Shown here piece by piece: positions 17,726 through 25,459 of a DNA stretch of 59,945 nucleotides. Within the stretch, counting starts at the first letter, position 1; every line of letters starts with the position of its first letter. The DNA comes from Pseudomonadota bacterium (GTDB taxonomy: Bacteria; UBA10199; 2-02-FULL-44-16; JAAZCA01): NCBI GenBank assembly GCA_043822785.1, contig JBDRBN010000046.1, positions 1 through 59,945 of the forward strand. Direction: 5' to 3'. The position numbers were made by a program, and so were the translations under genes. The notes below the pieces were generated by a model. That model did no database searches. It had not been told where the DNA came from and saw only the letters and a list, made by a program, of their open reading frames with translations.

Positions 17726-19174
17726 GTGAAAAATTCTTATGTCCTGGTTGTGGATGACGAGGTAGATGCAGCAGATCTGCTTGCCACATACCTGAGAAAA
17801 TTCGACCTTGATTCAGATGCCGTCTATGGTGGAACAAAGGCGCTTGAGCACATAAAAAAGAAAAAGCCTGATTTGATTATCTTAGATCTTCTTATGCCAG
17901 ATATGGATGGGTATGAATTTACAGCCAAACTTAACTCTGATGAATCCACTGCAAATATCCCGATTATAATGTTGACAGTTGATTCTACTCAAAAAGATAA
18001 GGTTAAGGCCTTGAAGATGGGGATAGATGATTATGTTATAAAGCCATATGATATAGATGAGTTGATTGCGCGAATCGAGGTTATATTAAAAAGATCAAAG
18101 GCTCATGAATTTACACCTCGTGAGGGAAGCGGTATTGGTATCAGGGAAAGAAAGCGTTTGGAGTTTTTGAAGTATTTGGAAGAAAAAAGAATCGAGAAAA
18201 TCGAGCCCGAATACAATCTTCAATCCAGAAGTGGATATTGTTATAAAGTTGCGGCCTACTTCTTTAATGCCAGCGATTTTTCAGAAATAGAAGAACTGAG
18301 GCATCTCACGGACAATCATGTCTTGAAACCGGAGTTCTTTGATAAGATACTGGTATGCCCCTTTTGTTTACATCACGATATTAATATTCGCGAGACTTGC
18401 CCTACCGATCACAGCGCTGACATTAGTGTCCACGATGCTTTTCATCACTATCGCTGCGGTTATGTTGGAACGGAAGATGAATATCTTCAAGGAATCAGGC
18501 ATGTTTGTCCCAAGTGTTTTCAAGAGCTCAGACACGTTGGCGTTGATTATGACAGGCCAGGTAAAATTTATGTTTCCAATACAACAAAAGAAAAATTCAC
18601 CGACCCTGTTGTCTACTGTCAGTGCAGGAACTGCAAAAAATCATTTAATGTAGATGATGCAGTGAGACAGAATATTTATGCCTATGTCGTAACGGACAGG
18701 GCCTTAGATGTGATTGCAGAAGGTGCGTTTACGCCGATCAGCCTCGAGCAGGAGTTGATAGACCAAGATGTAAACATATATAATTTGAAATATTTCAGGA
18801 CAAAGCTTGCTGAAGAAGTAGGCCGTTGCAAGACCTTTAATAGGCACCTTTCCATCATCCTTGTTGGAATCATCAATTTCGATTCTCTAATTTTAAACTA
18901 CGGTGAAGCCGTTACTAAACGGAAATTGCAGGAATTGGCGTTGATGCTCAAACAGAGCTTGCGTGAAGTTGATATTCCAGCTCGCTACGATAAAAACGAT
19001 TTTATAACTCTCCTTCCTGAAGCGGAAAGGGAAAAGGCTGAATCGATCATCCGCGAGCTTAAAGAAGAGATACCGGATGGGCTTGAGGTCGGTTTTAAGA
19101 TTGTCTCGTTCCCCAAAGATGCAGACACAGAGGCAAGCCTTATTGAAACACTGATAAATAGCAGATACATATAA
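17726..19174 (+). CDS. REC + Cys-rich zinc-ribbon output domain (TackOD1-like) + degenerate GGDEF
   Basis: REC; CPFC, HHYRCGY, CPKC..ELRHVGVDY, CRNC; REVD I-site then RYDKNDF in place of RYGGEEF. Confidence 0.8.
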   Translation: MKNSYVLVVDDEVDAADLLATYLRKFDLDSDAVYGGTKALEHIKKKKPDLIILDLLMPDMDGYEFTAKLNSDESTANIPIIMLTVDSTQKDKVKALKMGIDDYVIKPYDIDELIARIEVILKRSKAHEFTPREGSGIGIRERKRLEFLKYLEEKRIEKIEPEYNLQSRSGYCYKVAAYFFNASDFSEIEELRHLTDNHVLKPEFFDKILVCPFCLHHDINIRETCPTDHSADISVHDAFHHYRCGYVGTEDEYLQGIRHVCPKCFQELRHVGVDYDRPGKIYVSNTTKEKFTDPVVYCQCRNCKKSFNVDDAVRQNIYAYVVTDRALDVIAEGAFTPISLEQELIDQDVNIYNLKYFRTKLAEEVGRCKTFNRHLSIILVGIINFDSLILNYGEAVTKRKLQELALMLKQSLREVDIPARYDKNDFITLLPEAEREKAESIIRELKEEIPDGLEVGFKIVSFPKDADTEASLIETLINSRYI

Positions 19175-19176
19175 CA

Positions 19177-20631
19177 ATGAAGTTGAGAAATATTAAAATC
19201 GTAGATCTGGAATTACTGTCAGATTTTAGGGTAGGGGGGCCTTCCCAAAAGAAACTGTCAGCTGTGTCCGTGCTGGCAATTGTCCTGCTATCGCTTGCGA
19301 TATTATCTTACATATATTTTGTATTTTTTGAGAGAGATCTTTCTTGGTTGTTCATTTCAATAAATGAATACATAACGTACTGTATCGCAAATGTCATGGC
19401 CAGACCAACTTGGCAGAAGTTTCTCCTTTTTGCTCCTGCATTGATGTTTGATACAGTCAGATATTATCTCTCAAATACGATCATCTTTTTTATAGATATC
19501 TTTCGGGGAGGCGCATCTTATGAAGATGGAGGACCGGATTTCTATCCATTTGTGAGCATAATATTGCCTGCTTATAATGAAGGTCCAAGGATTAGGGGCA
19601 CCATCAATTCATTGCTTGCAAGCGATTATAAAAACTTCGAGATTATAGTCGTCGACGACTGTTCGACTGACACGACGCCAGCGATCTGCAGAGAATTTGA
19701 GCGGAGAGGGTTGATAAAGTTTATCCGCAAAGAAATCAGAGGTGGCAAGCCGTCGTCGCTGAATTATGGTTTTCAATTCACCAAAGGCGAACTCATTTTC
19801 CATTTTGATGCAGAGGTTGCAGTTCTTCCCAATACAATCAGCGAGGCTATAAAGCCGTTTAAAGATCCAAAGATCGGAGCTGTCAGCGGCAACCTCAAAG
19901 TGCACAATGATAAAAAAAGCCTCGCAAGTCGACTTCAAGCCGCTGAATATGGAATGGTAATCAGCCTGCAGAGGAGGTGGCTATCAGCCACACGTACGCT
20001 GCAGATAGCGTCGGGCGCATTTGGTGTGTTCAGGCGTGAGGCGATTGAGATGTCAAAGGGGGCTGATCCGGAGCATGGCGATGACTTGGACATTACTCTC
20101 AAAGTCAAAAAGCTCGGTTACAGGGTCGTTTTTGCGCCCAGGGCTATTGCATTAACCAACGTCCCCGAAAGTTTTTGGGTTCTATTCCAGCAAAGGGTGC
20201 GCTGGGACAAGTGCTATGTAAGGATAAGCTTTAGGAAACACAGAAACATCTCTGATATTTCTAAGTTTAGATTCGCAGATTTTCTTATATATGTGTTGGA
20301 TATCGTCTTTAACCTGTTATTGATGTTGGTCTTCCCAATTTACATTGTGCTCGTCGCAATTTTTGTGCCACATTTATTTTTGTTCATTATCGTCATTACC
20401 TATCTTTTCTACGTTATTATGAATATGTGGCAGTTTATTATGGTAGTTTTACTTTCAGATACGCGCTCAAGAGATTGGGTTTTTGTACTGTATGCACCGC
20501 TTTATTTTGCATATAGTGTTTTTTTGTGGGTAGCTAGAATGTTAGCATATACTATAGAGTTGTTGAGGCTAAAATTTATGAAGAGCGGGTTTTTGCCTGA
20601 AAAAATCTGGGATAGCATGCCCAAATACTAA
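19177..20631 (+). CDS. processive GT2 membrane synthase (PgaC/IcaA/YaiP-like)
   Basis: PAYNE, VDDCSTD, GGKPSSLN, FDAE, SGAFGVFRR, GDDLD, QQRVRW; N- and C-terminal TM helices. Confidence 0.9.
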   Translation: MKLRNIKIVDLELLSDFRVGGPSQKKLSAVSVLAIVLLSLAILSYIYFVFFERDLSWLFISINEYITYCIANVMARPTWQKFLLFAPALMFDTVRYYLSNTIIFFIDIFRGGASYEDGGPDFYPFVSIILPAYNEGPRIRGTINSLLASDYKNFEIIVVDDCSTDTTPAICREFERRGLIKFIRKEIRGGKPSSLNYGFQFTKGELIFHFDAEVAVLPNTISEAIKPFKDPKIGAVSGNLKVHNDKKSLASRLQAAEYGMVISLQRRWLSATRTLQIASGAFGVFRREAIEMSKGADPEHGDDLDITLKVKKLGYRVVFAPRAIALTNVPESFWVLFQQRVRWDKCYVRISFRKHRNISDISKFRFADFLIYVLDIVFNLLLMLVFPIYIVLVAIFVPHLFLFIIVITYLFYVIMNMWQFIMVVLLSDTRSRDWVFVLYAPLYFAYSVFLWVARMLAYTIELLRLKFMKSGFLPEKIWDSMPKY

Positions 20632-20637
20632 ATCTAA

Positions 20638-21342
20638 TTGAATGGAGGAATAATAATCATGATCGTAGACGACATATCAATGGCAAGACACAGGATGGGG
20701 GGAATTCTCACCATCATTCGTGAAAGTCTTTCCATGGTCTTAAGGGACATGGAGAGTCAAGGTAATACAGACCATGTAAAGGTGCTGAGCAGAGCGAATA
20801 AAAATGTCGATAGGCTGATTAGGCTAGCAAACAATTATTTTTTGATTCAGATGCTTGAGGCGGGAATAATCGACGTCAATTCGAAAGTTGACGATCTGAA
20901 TAAAGTTGCGCAAGTCATCTGTACCAATTTAAGCACAGTGGCTAGCCAAAAAGAGACTGAAATTGTATTGAAGTTGGATGATAAATTGCCGAAAACAAAA
21001 TTTGACTCCGAACTTATGGGTATAGTTATCGAAAACTTAGTAAGTAATGCAATTGATTTTACCGATAATGGCACGATTGTCGTCACAATATTTTCTGATG
21101 ATGAATCGATTCGGCTATCGGTAGCGGATACAGGTTGCGGTATTGACGAGAGCGAGGTCTCGAAACTCTTTCATCGATTTGAAAAATTATCGAACAATAG
21201 TGAAAGAGGAAGGACAGGCGACGGCATGGGGTTGGCTGTATCTAAAGAGATCATGACAAAGCTAGGTGGCGGGATCTGGTTAGAATCGACTTCGGACAAG
21301 GGCTCGACGTTCGTCATCTCTCTGCCCATCCGTGTCGATTGA
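20638..21342 (+). CDS. sensor-less histidine kinase with divergent H-box
   Basis: SMARHRMGGIL (H-box position), NLVSNAIDF, DTGCGI, GDGMGLA, KGSTF; true start may be ATG 20659. Confidence 0.75.
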   Translation: MNGGIIIMIVDDISMARHRMGGILTIIRESLSMVLRDMESQGNTDHVKVLSRANKNVDRLIRLANNYFLIQMLEAGIIDVNSKVDDLNKVAQVICTNLSTVASQKETEIVLKLDDKLPKTKFDSELMGIVIENLVSNAIDFTDNGTIVVTIFSDDESIRLSVADTGCGIDESEVSKLFHRFEKLSNNSERGRTGDGMGLAVSKEIMTKLGGGIWLESTSDKGSTFVISLPIRVD

Positions 21343-21375
21343 CCCTAGTTTTTTTCTTTTGCGAGTTTCCTTTTT

Positions 21376-21404
21376 GACGCGGGATCAGTGGAGCACAAGG
21401 GATT
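21376..21404 (-). repeat. 29-bp inverted copy of tRNA-Ala 3' end plus its 3' flank
   Basis: GACGCGGGATCAGTGGAGCACAAGGGATT is the exact reverse complement of 23581-23609. Confidence 0.9.
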
Positions 21405-21527
21405 GTCTGCGCGAATACTCCATAAGCTATCAATATTTTATGGTTTTTCCATAACGAGCGGCAACCGCTGATTATCATTAACTCTTGTCTTTCAAAATCC
21501 TTTAAGCTAATTTCCCGCATCACTTTA

Positions 21528-21599
21528 GGGCGTTTAGCTCAGCGGAAGAGCACTGTCTTCACACGGCAGGGGTCACAGGTTCAAATCCTGTAACGCCCA
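21528..21599 (+). tRNA. tRNA-Val(CAC)
   Basis: GGGCGTT/AACGCCC acceptor, CTGTC-TT-CAC-AC-GGCAG anticodon arm, GGTTCAAATCC; CCA not encoded. Confidence 0.93.
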
Positions 21600-21649
21600 C
21601 ATAAAAACAGGTGATAGGGATAAGGGAATAGGGCAATAAACTAAGAGAT

Positions 21650-21723
21650 GCGCCTATAGCTCAGAGGATTAGAGCGTCTGCCTCCGGAGCAGAAGGTCGC
21701 AGGTTCGATCCCTGCTAGGCGCG
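21650..21723 (+). tRNA. tRNA-Arg(CCG)
   Basis: GCGCCTA/TAGGCGC acceptor, TCTGC-CT-CCG-GA-GCAGA anticodon arm, GGTTCGATCC. Confidence 0.93.
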
Positions 21724-21725
21724 CA

Positions 21726-21895
21726 ACGATTTTCCGTCAGGAAAATCGTCCTCTAATGCCAATGCCATTTTCCAGTGCGAATTGGAGTTCCGTGCTTTAT
21801 CGGAGTCGGAAAATCGAGCATTAGCATTAGAAAATAGCATTAGAGGTGATCTGCCGAAGCAGATCCCTCCAATGCCAATGCGATTATCTAATGCG
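21726..21895. repeat. hairpins and AATGCC/GCATTA hexamer inverted repeats upstream of four-helix-bundle gene
   Basis: acgattttcc/ggaaaatcgt hairpin; cctctaatgccaatgcc...gcattagcattag...gcattagagg; gatctgc/gcagatc; cctccaatgccaatgc. Confidence 0.7.
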
Positions 21896-21906
21896 GGGAT
21901 TTAAAC

Positions 21907-22272
21907 ATGCCATTTCCATTTGAGCATCTTGATGTATATAAGAAATCCTTAGATTTTGTTGAATCAATTGAGTCCTTGACCAACGACTTGAAGGGCAAAG
22001 CATCCTACAGCATTATTGACCAACTTTCACGCGCAGCATTATCGATTCCCTTGAACATCGCCGAGGGCAATGGCCGCTGGCATAAAGGTGAGAAACGACA
22101 ATTTTTCTGGATTGCACGTGGGTCTGTATTTGAATGCGTTCCGATTTTGCAAGTTCTTCACAGAAAATCTTTGATCAATGAACAGCAATATGCTGGTTAT
22201 TATGAACGGCTCGATATCATCGCCAAGATGCTCACGAATTTGGTGAAATCTGTGGAGGAGTTGAAAAGATGA
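21907..22272 (+). CDS. four-helix-bundle protein (23S rRNA IVS / bAvd-like family)
   Basis: FEHLDVYKKS, DQLSRAALSIPLNIAEGNGR, FFWIARGSVFEC. Confidence 0.92.
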   Translation: MPFPFEHLDVYKKSLDFVESIESLTNDLKGKASYSIIDQLSRAALSIPLNIAEGNGRWHKGEKRQFFWIARGSVFECVPILQVLHRKSLINEQQYAGYYERLDIIAKMLTNLVKSVEELKR

Positions 22273-23054
22273 TGAAATATCGCTCATTCGGAAATACCGG
22301 CCTCAAGTTTTTCCCTCTTGGCCTTGGCACGATCTGGTTTGGTCGCCAATGGCCGCCGAACAATACTTCATATAAATCTCCCTCATTCAAAGAAATTTCC
22401 GAACATCTCATGCTGGCTTATAAAACAATGGGCAATCACGAGGGGATGGTCATGATTGACACCGCTGCCGCATATGGGGATAGCGAAGTACATATTGGAG
22501 AGTTTTTGAGAGAAAACCCGGCAAACGCGGCAAGGTTCTTCATAGCTACAAAATGGGGGGAAGATTTTGATGTGGGAAGCGGTAGCTCCACTGTGGATCA
22601 TTCTGCAGAAAATCTGCATCAATCTTTTGAGCGCAGTGTGAAGCGCCTGGGAAGGGTGGATTTGCTTTACCTTCATAAGGCGAATACTGCCGTTCTCAGA
22701 GATGCTACGATTATTCGGGAAATGGTGAAGATCAAGGAAACTGCTCGGGTACAATTGCTGGGAACGTCGATTTCTGATGCGCTGATATTGAGGGATGCTA
22801 CCGAAAAGGACTTCCTTACCCCTTTTGATGTCATTCAAATGCCAGCGTCAGTCTTCATGGAAGAACGCGGTATCGTCCAGTCCCTTTGTGAAGCCGGAAA
22901 AGCTATTGTGCTGAACTCTCCAATTCGTAAATTAATCGGATCAGATCCGAAATTCTGCTACGCTGAATTGCTGGCTCGACCAGAAGTTTCTATGATTTTA
23001 ACAGGCACGAGAACACATTTGAAAGAAACGGTTGGATACCTTGATGAAAAATGA
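22269..23054 (+). CDS. aldo/keto reductase
   Basis: YRSFGNTGL, LGLGT, IDTAAAYGDSE, IATKWG, DLLYLH. Confidence 0.85.
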   Translation: MMKYRSFGNTGLKFFPLGLGTIWFGRQWPPNNTSYKSPSFKEISEHLMLAYKTMGNHEGMVMIDTAAAYGDSEVHIGEFLRENPANAARFFIATKWGEDFDVGSGSSTVDHSAENLHQSFERSVKRLGRVDLLYLHKANTAVLRDATIIREMVKIKETARVQLLGTSISDALILRDATEKDFLTPFDVIQMPASVFMEERGIVQSLCEAGKAIVLNSPIRKLIGSDPKFCYAELLARPEVSMILTGTRTHLKETVGYLDEK

Positions 23055-23221
23055 CCGAAACACAGGTTCGACGTCCTGAAGGATGGGCGCGCATAAAAAC
23101 AGGGAATAGGGGTTGGGGAACATTGTACGTTCGCAACGTTCTTTGACGCTTGAGACAAACCGCGTTTGGCCCATTCTATGATATCTGTGGGGCACTAGCT
23201 CAGTTGGGAGAGCGATGCGTT

Positions 23222-23292
23222 GTCACTTCGTTCTGACAATCAAGGCTATTTGTTCTGAGCAAAGCTCAGAACTTTATTATAGCTTTTGTATG
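23222..23292 (+). mobile_element. mini insertion element copy 1 (71 bp) in anticodon loop
   Basis: GTCACTTCGTTCTGACAATCAAGGCTATTTGTTC-[hairpin]-TTTATTATAGCTTTTGTATG, flanked by TT on both sides. Confidence 0.8.
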
Positions 23293-23294
23293 TT

Positions 23295-23368
23295 GTCGCT
23301 TCGCTCTGACGATTAAGGTCATTTGTATCCACGCTAATGCGTGGATACTTGATTAGATTCTTTGTTCG
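23295..23368 (+). mobile_element. mini insertion element copy 2 (74 bp), tandem to copy 1
   Basis: GTCGCTTCGCTCTGACGATTAAGGTCATTT-[GTATCCACGC/GCGTGGATAC hairpin]-...TTTGTTCG, TT on both sides. Confidence 0.78.
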
Positions 23369-23396
23369 TTCGCAACGTCGGGGTCGAGGGTTCGAA

Positions 23397-23470
23397 CGTA
23401 CAGAGGCTATAATAAAGTGACCCCGCTTAGGCGGGGGAACAAATAGCCTTGATCGTCAGAACGAAGTGAC
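23397..23470 (-). mobile_element. mini insertion element copy 3 (74 bp), inverted, in T loop
   Basis: Reverse complement GTCACTTCGTTCTGACGATCAAGGCTATTTGTTC-CCCCGCCTAAGCGGGG-TCACTTTATTATAGCCTCTGTACG; AA on both sides on + strand. Confidence 0.82.
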
Positions 23471-23523
23471 AATCCCTTGTACGGTTTAAAATTTGACGAT
23501 TGAATCACAGACGCGGGATCAGT

Positions 23524-23596
23524 GGGGCACTAGCTCAGCTGGGAGAGCACCACGTTCGCAACGTGGGGGTCGAGGGTTCGAATCCCTTGTGCTCCA
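23524..23596 (+). tRNA. tRNA-Ala(CGC), intact
   Basis: GGGGCAC/GTGCTCC with G3:U70, CCACG-TT-CGC-AA-CGTGG, GGTTCGAATCC; CCA not encoded. Confidence 0.94.
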
Positions 23597-23654
23597 CTGA
23601 TCCCGCGTCTTCTTATGTAGAATCTACGAACAGGGCGCGAGTAGCGCGGAGGGA

Positions 23655-23673
23655 AATCCCTTGTGCTCCACTG
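23655..23673 (+). repeat. direct repeat of tRNA-Ala 3' end (att-like)
   Basis: AATCCCTTGTGCTCCACTG identical to 23581-23599. Confidence 0.85.
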
Positions 23674-23718
23674 GTCCAATCAAAATTCAGGTGCCGAAAT
23701 ATGTCCCATTGTTTTCTT

Positions 23719-23789
23719 GTCGAGGGTTTGAACATACAAGTGCTATAATGAATGACCCAGCTTCAGCGGGGGAACAAATAGCCTTTGAT
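23719..23789 (-). mobile_element. tRNA-Ala T-arm fragment with partial mini element copy 4
   Basis: GTCGAGGGTTTGAA then CATACAAGTGCTATAATGAATGACCCAGCTTCAGCGGGGGAACAAATAGCCTT, parallel to 23383-23450. Confidence 0.75.
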
Positions 23790-23924
23790 ATTGCTTACGC
23801 TCTCTGCGATTTGTGCACTACATAAGGGGGAGGGCAGAAGGGGTAGATCCCTGGTCCCTGTCCCGGGAATTCCCGATTTCCTTTCGTTCGGGGTCATGCC
23901 GCAGGGATCGAGCAGGAGGGTGCC

Positions 23925-25313
23925 ATGGCGAGATCAGCATTTCGGCGTTTAACCGTCGGCGTTGTGTTGTATATCATCTCCTTTTCGCTCTTCGGATGCG
24001 GTGGGTCCGGCAGCGCGGCAGGCACTGCGCAGAGCGTCGCCGACTTTGAGCGTTTTGAGGAAACGACGCTCAATGCCTCGACGCTATTCACCACGAAGAG
24101 CGAGGGAACAGTTGCCCAGGTGGCGGGCGTTCAGGTCGCCGTTGGTTCTATGAACCAGACGCTCGACGTCACGTTTGTCGACGAAAACGAACAGGTCCTG
24201 GCAGGGCCGATCACGCTTGCGCTCGAGAGCGGATCGAATAACGACATCCTTCTCTTCAGTGCGACGGGTGTCGATGCTTTCGGCTACGAGGGCTTGACGC
24301 TCAAGGCCTTCGCTGGTTTCTCTGATGCCGAGCGGCCGGTGTTCTATGTGGGTTTCGGGCCGCAAGGATTCTTCGTCGATGCGCAGGCGGGAGCTTTCTC
24401 GACTTCGGCCGCCCGCGCGTTCAAGTCCAACAACGATGTCACGCGGCAGCGGCGGTTGGATTTTTTAAACTACTGGACGAACCTCGAGAACAACGCGGAA
24501 CTCACAGACATCGAGCGCTTCGCGTCTCTGGTGCAATATATTGTGACGGTCAACGCTACCAATGTGGATACGCGCGACGACGCTGTGGACTACATCCTGG
24601 ACGACATGGTCGACCTGTTCGTCGGCGGCGGCTTTCAGGATCTCAAGGGATGGCTCATGGCGAATACTGAGCCGGTTCTGGATTCAGGCAGCGCGAACGA
24701 ACACATCTCGGATCCTGCTCCATACACCGGTTTCAGTCCATTGCTGCAGAAGGGCGAGGGGTGATTTCGGCACTTCGCCTGCAACGCCTCGATGGACCGG
24801 TGGGCGCAATACATCGATGACAGCGTGACCTTCTGGGCAGCAGTTGCTCAGGGCGGAGACTGGAACCCCTGGAATGACCCTACGGGCGACATCAACGCCG
24901 ACTTGATCACGAATGCCCTCGGGATCGATTTTTACAACTACCTTGTAGAACTCGCGAGCGCCGGCACGCTGACCCAGGGTAACGTGCGGCAGTGGATCAT
25001 CGACAACTTCGGCAATCACCCGCCCGAACTCGTAACCTTCACCGCGACGGCCCGGACATCCGACATCAACGATTACACCATTGCGGCCACCGATTGGGAC
25101 CAGGAGGCGTTGACCTACAGTTGGCGGTTGGAGGGCGATGCTGCCGATTGCGGGACTACCGCGAGCGCAGGCGACCTCTTCAGCTGGGATCACACAGGTT
25201 GCTGCCCCATTATGATGTCGAACACGAACGTGATCGTCGAAGTCTCCGACGGGACGTGGATCGTGAGCTACACCCATCCTGCGACGCAGATGGGAGAGTT
25301 CACCGATTTTTGA
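23925..25313 (+). pseudogene. GC-rich putative lipoprotein with C-terminal Ig-like domain, interrupted by one in-frame TGA (24762-24764)
   Basis: ORFs 23925-24764 and 24792-25313 are in the same frame with open codons between; lipobox LFGC; NHPPEL..ATDWDQEALTYSW. Confidence 0.6.
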
Positions 25314-25459
25314 GACAGGTTCGGCACACGTGAAGTCCTCAAAATCTTCAGCTTATGGCGGCTTTTTGTTTTAATGGATTTTAGAAAAACTTCTATGAGC
25401 ATGCTAAAAAATAGAGGCTGTGCTGTTATGGTATCGTCTATGTCTAATCCAAGATTCAT
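25268..25459 (-). pseudogene. truncated HAD-family protein
   Basis: N-terminal LGLDIDDTIT (DxD motif I), coupled to upstream gene stop, only 63 aa and runs into the GC-rich segment. Confidence 0.5.

Larger units (their letters stand above)
23189..23480 (+). pseudogene. tRNA-Ala(CGC) pseudogene split by three small insertions
   Basis: Pieces 23189-23221, 23371-23396 and 23473-23480 rejoin into a near copy of the intact tRNA at 23524; anticodon stem mismatched and 3' acceptor strand lost. Confidence 0.88.

Noticed and set aside
21907-22272. Diversity-generating retroelement (Avd-like gene)
   Set aside because: No reverse transcriptase or TR/VR pair is visible in the window.
23222-23470. Insertions as spliceable tRNA introns
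   Set aside because: Too short for group I/II introns, one is inverted, and the host copy has a broken anticodon stem and no 3' acceptor strand.
23500-23748. 82-aa ORF
   Set aside because: It is a translation of the tRNA-Ala gene and its repeats.
24762-24810. Selenocysteine codon
   Set aside because: No convincing SECIS hairpin or redox motif by eye; kept only as an alternative explanation.
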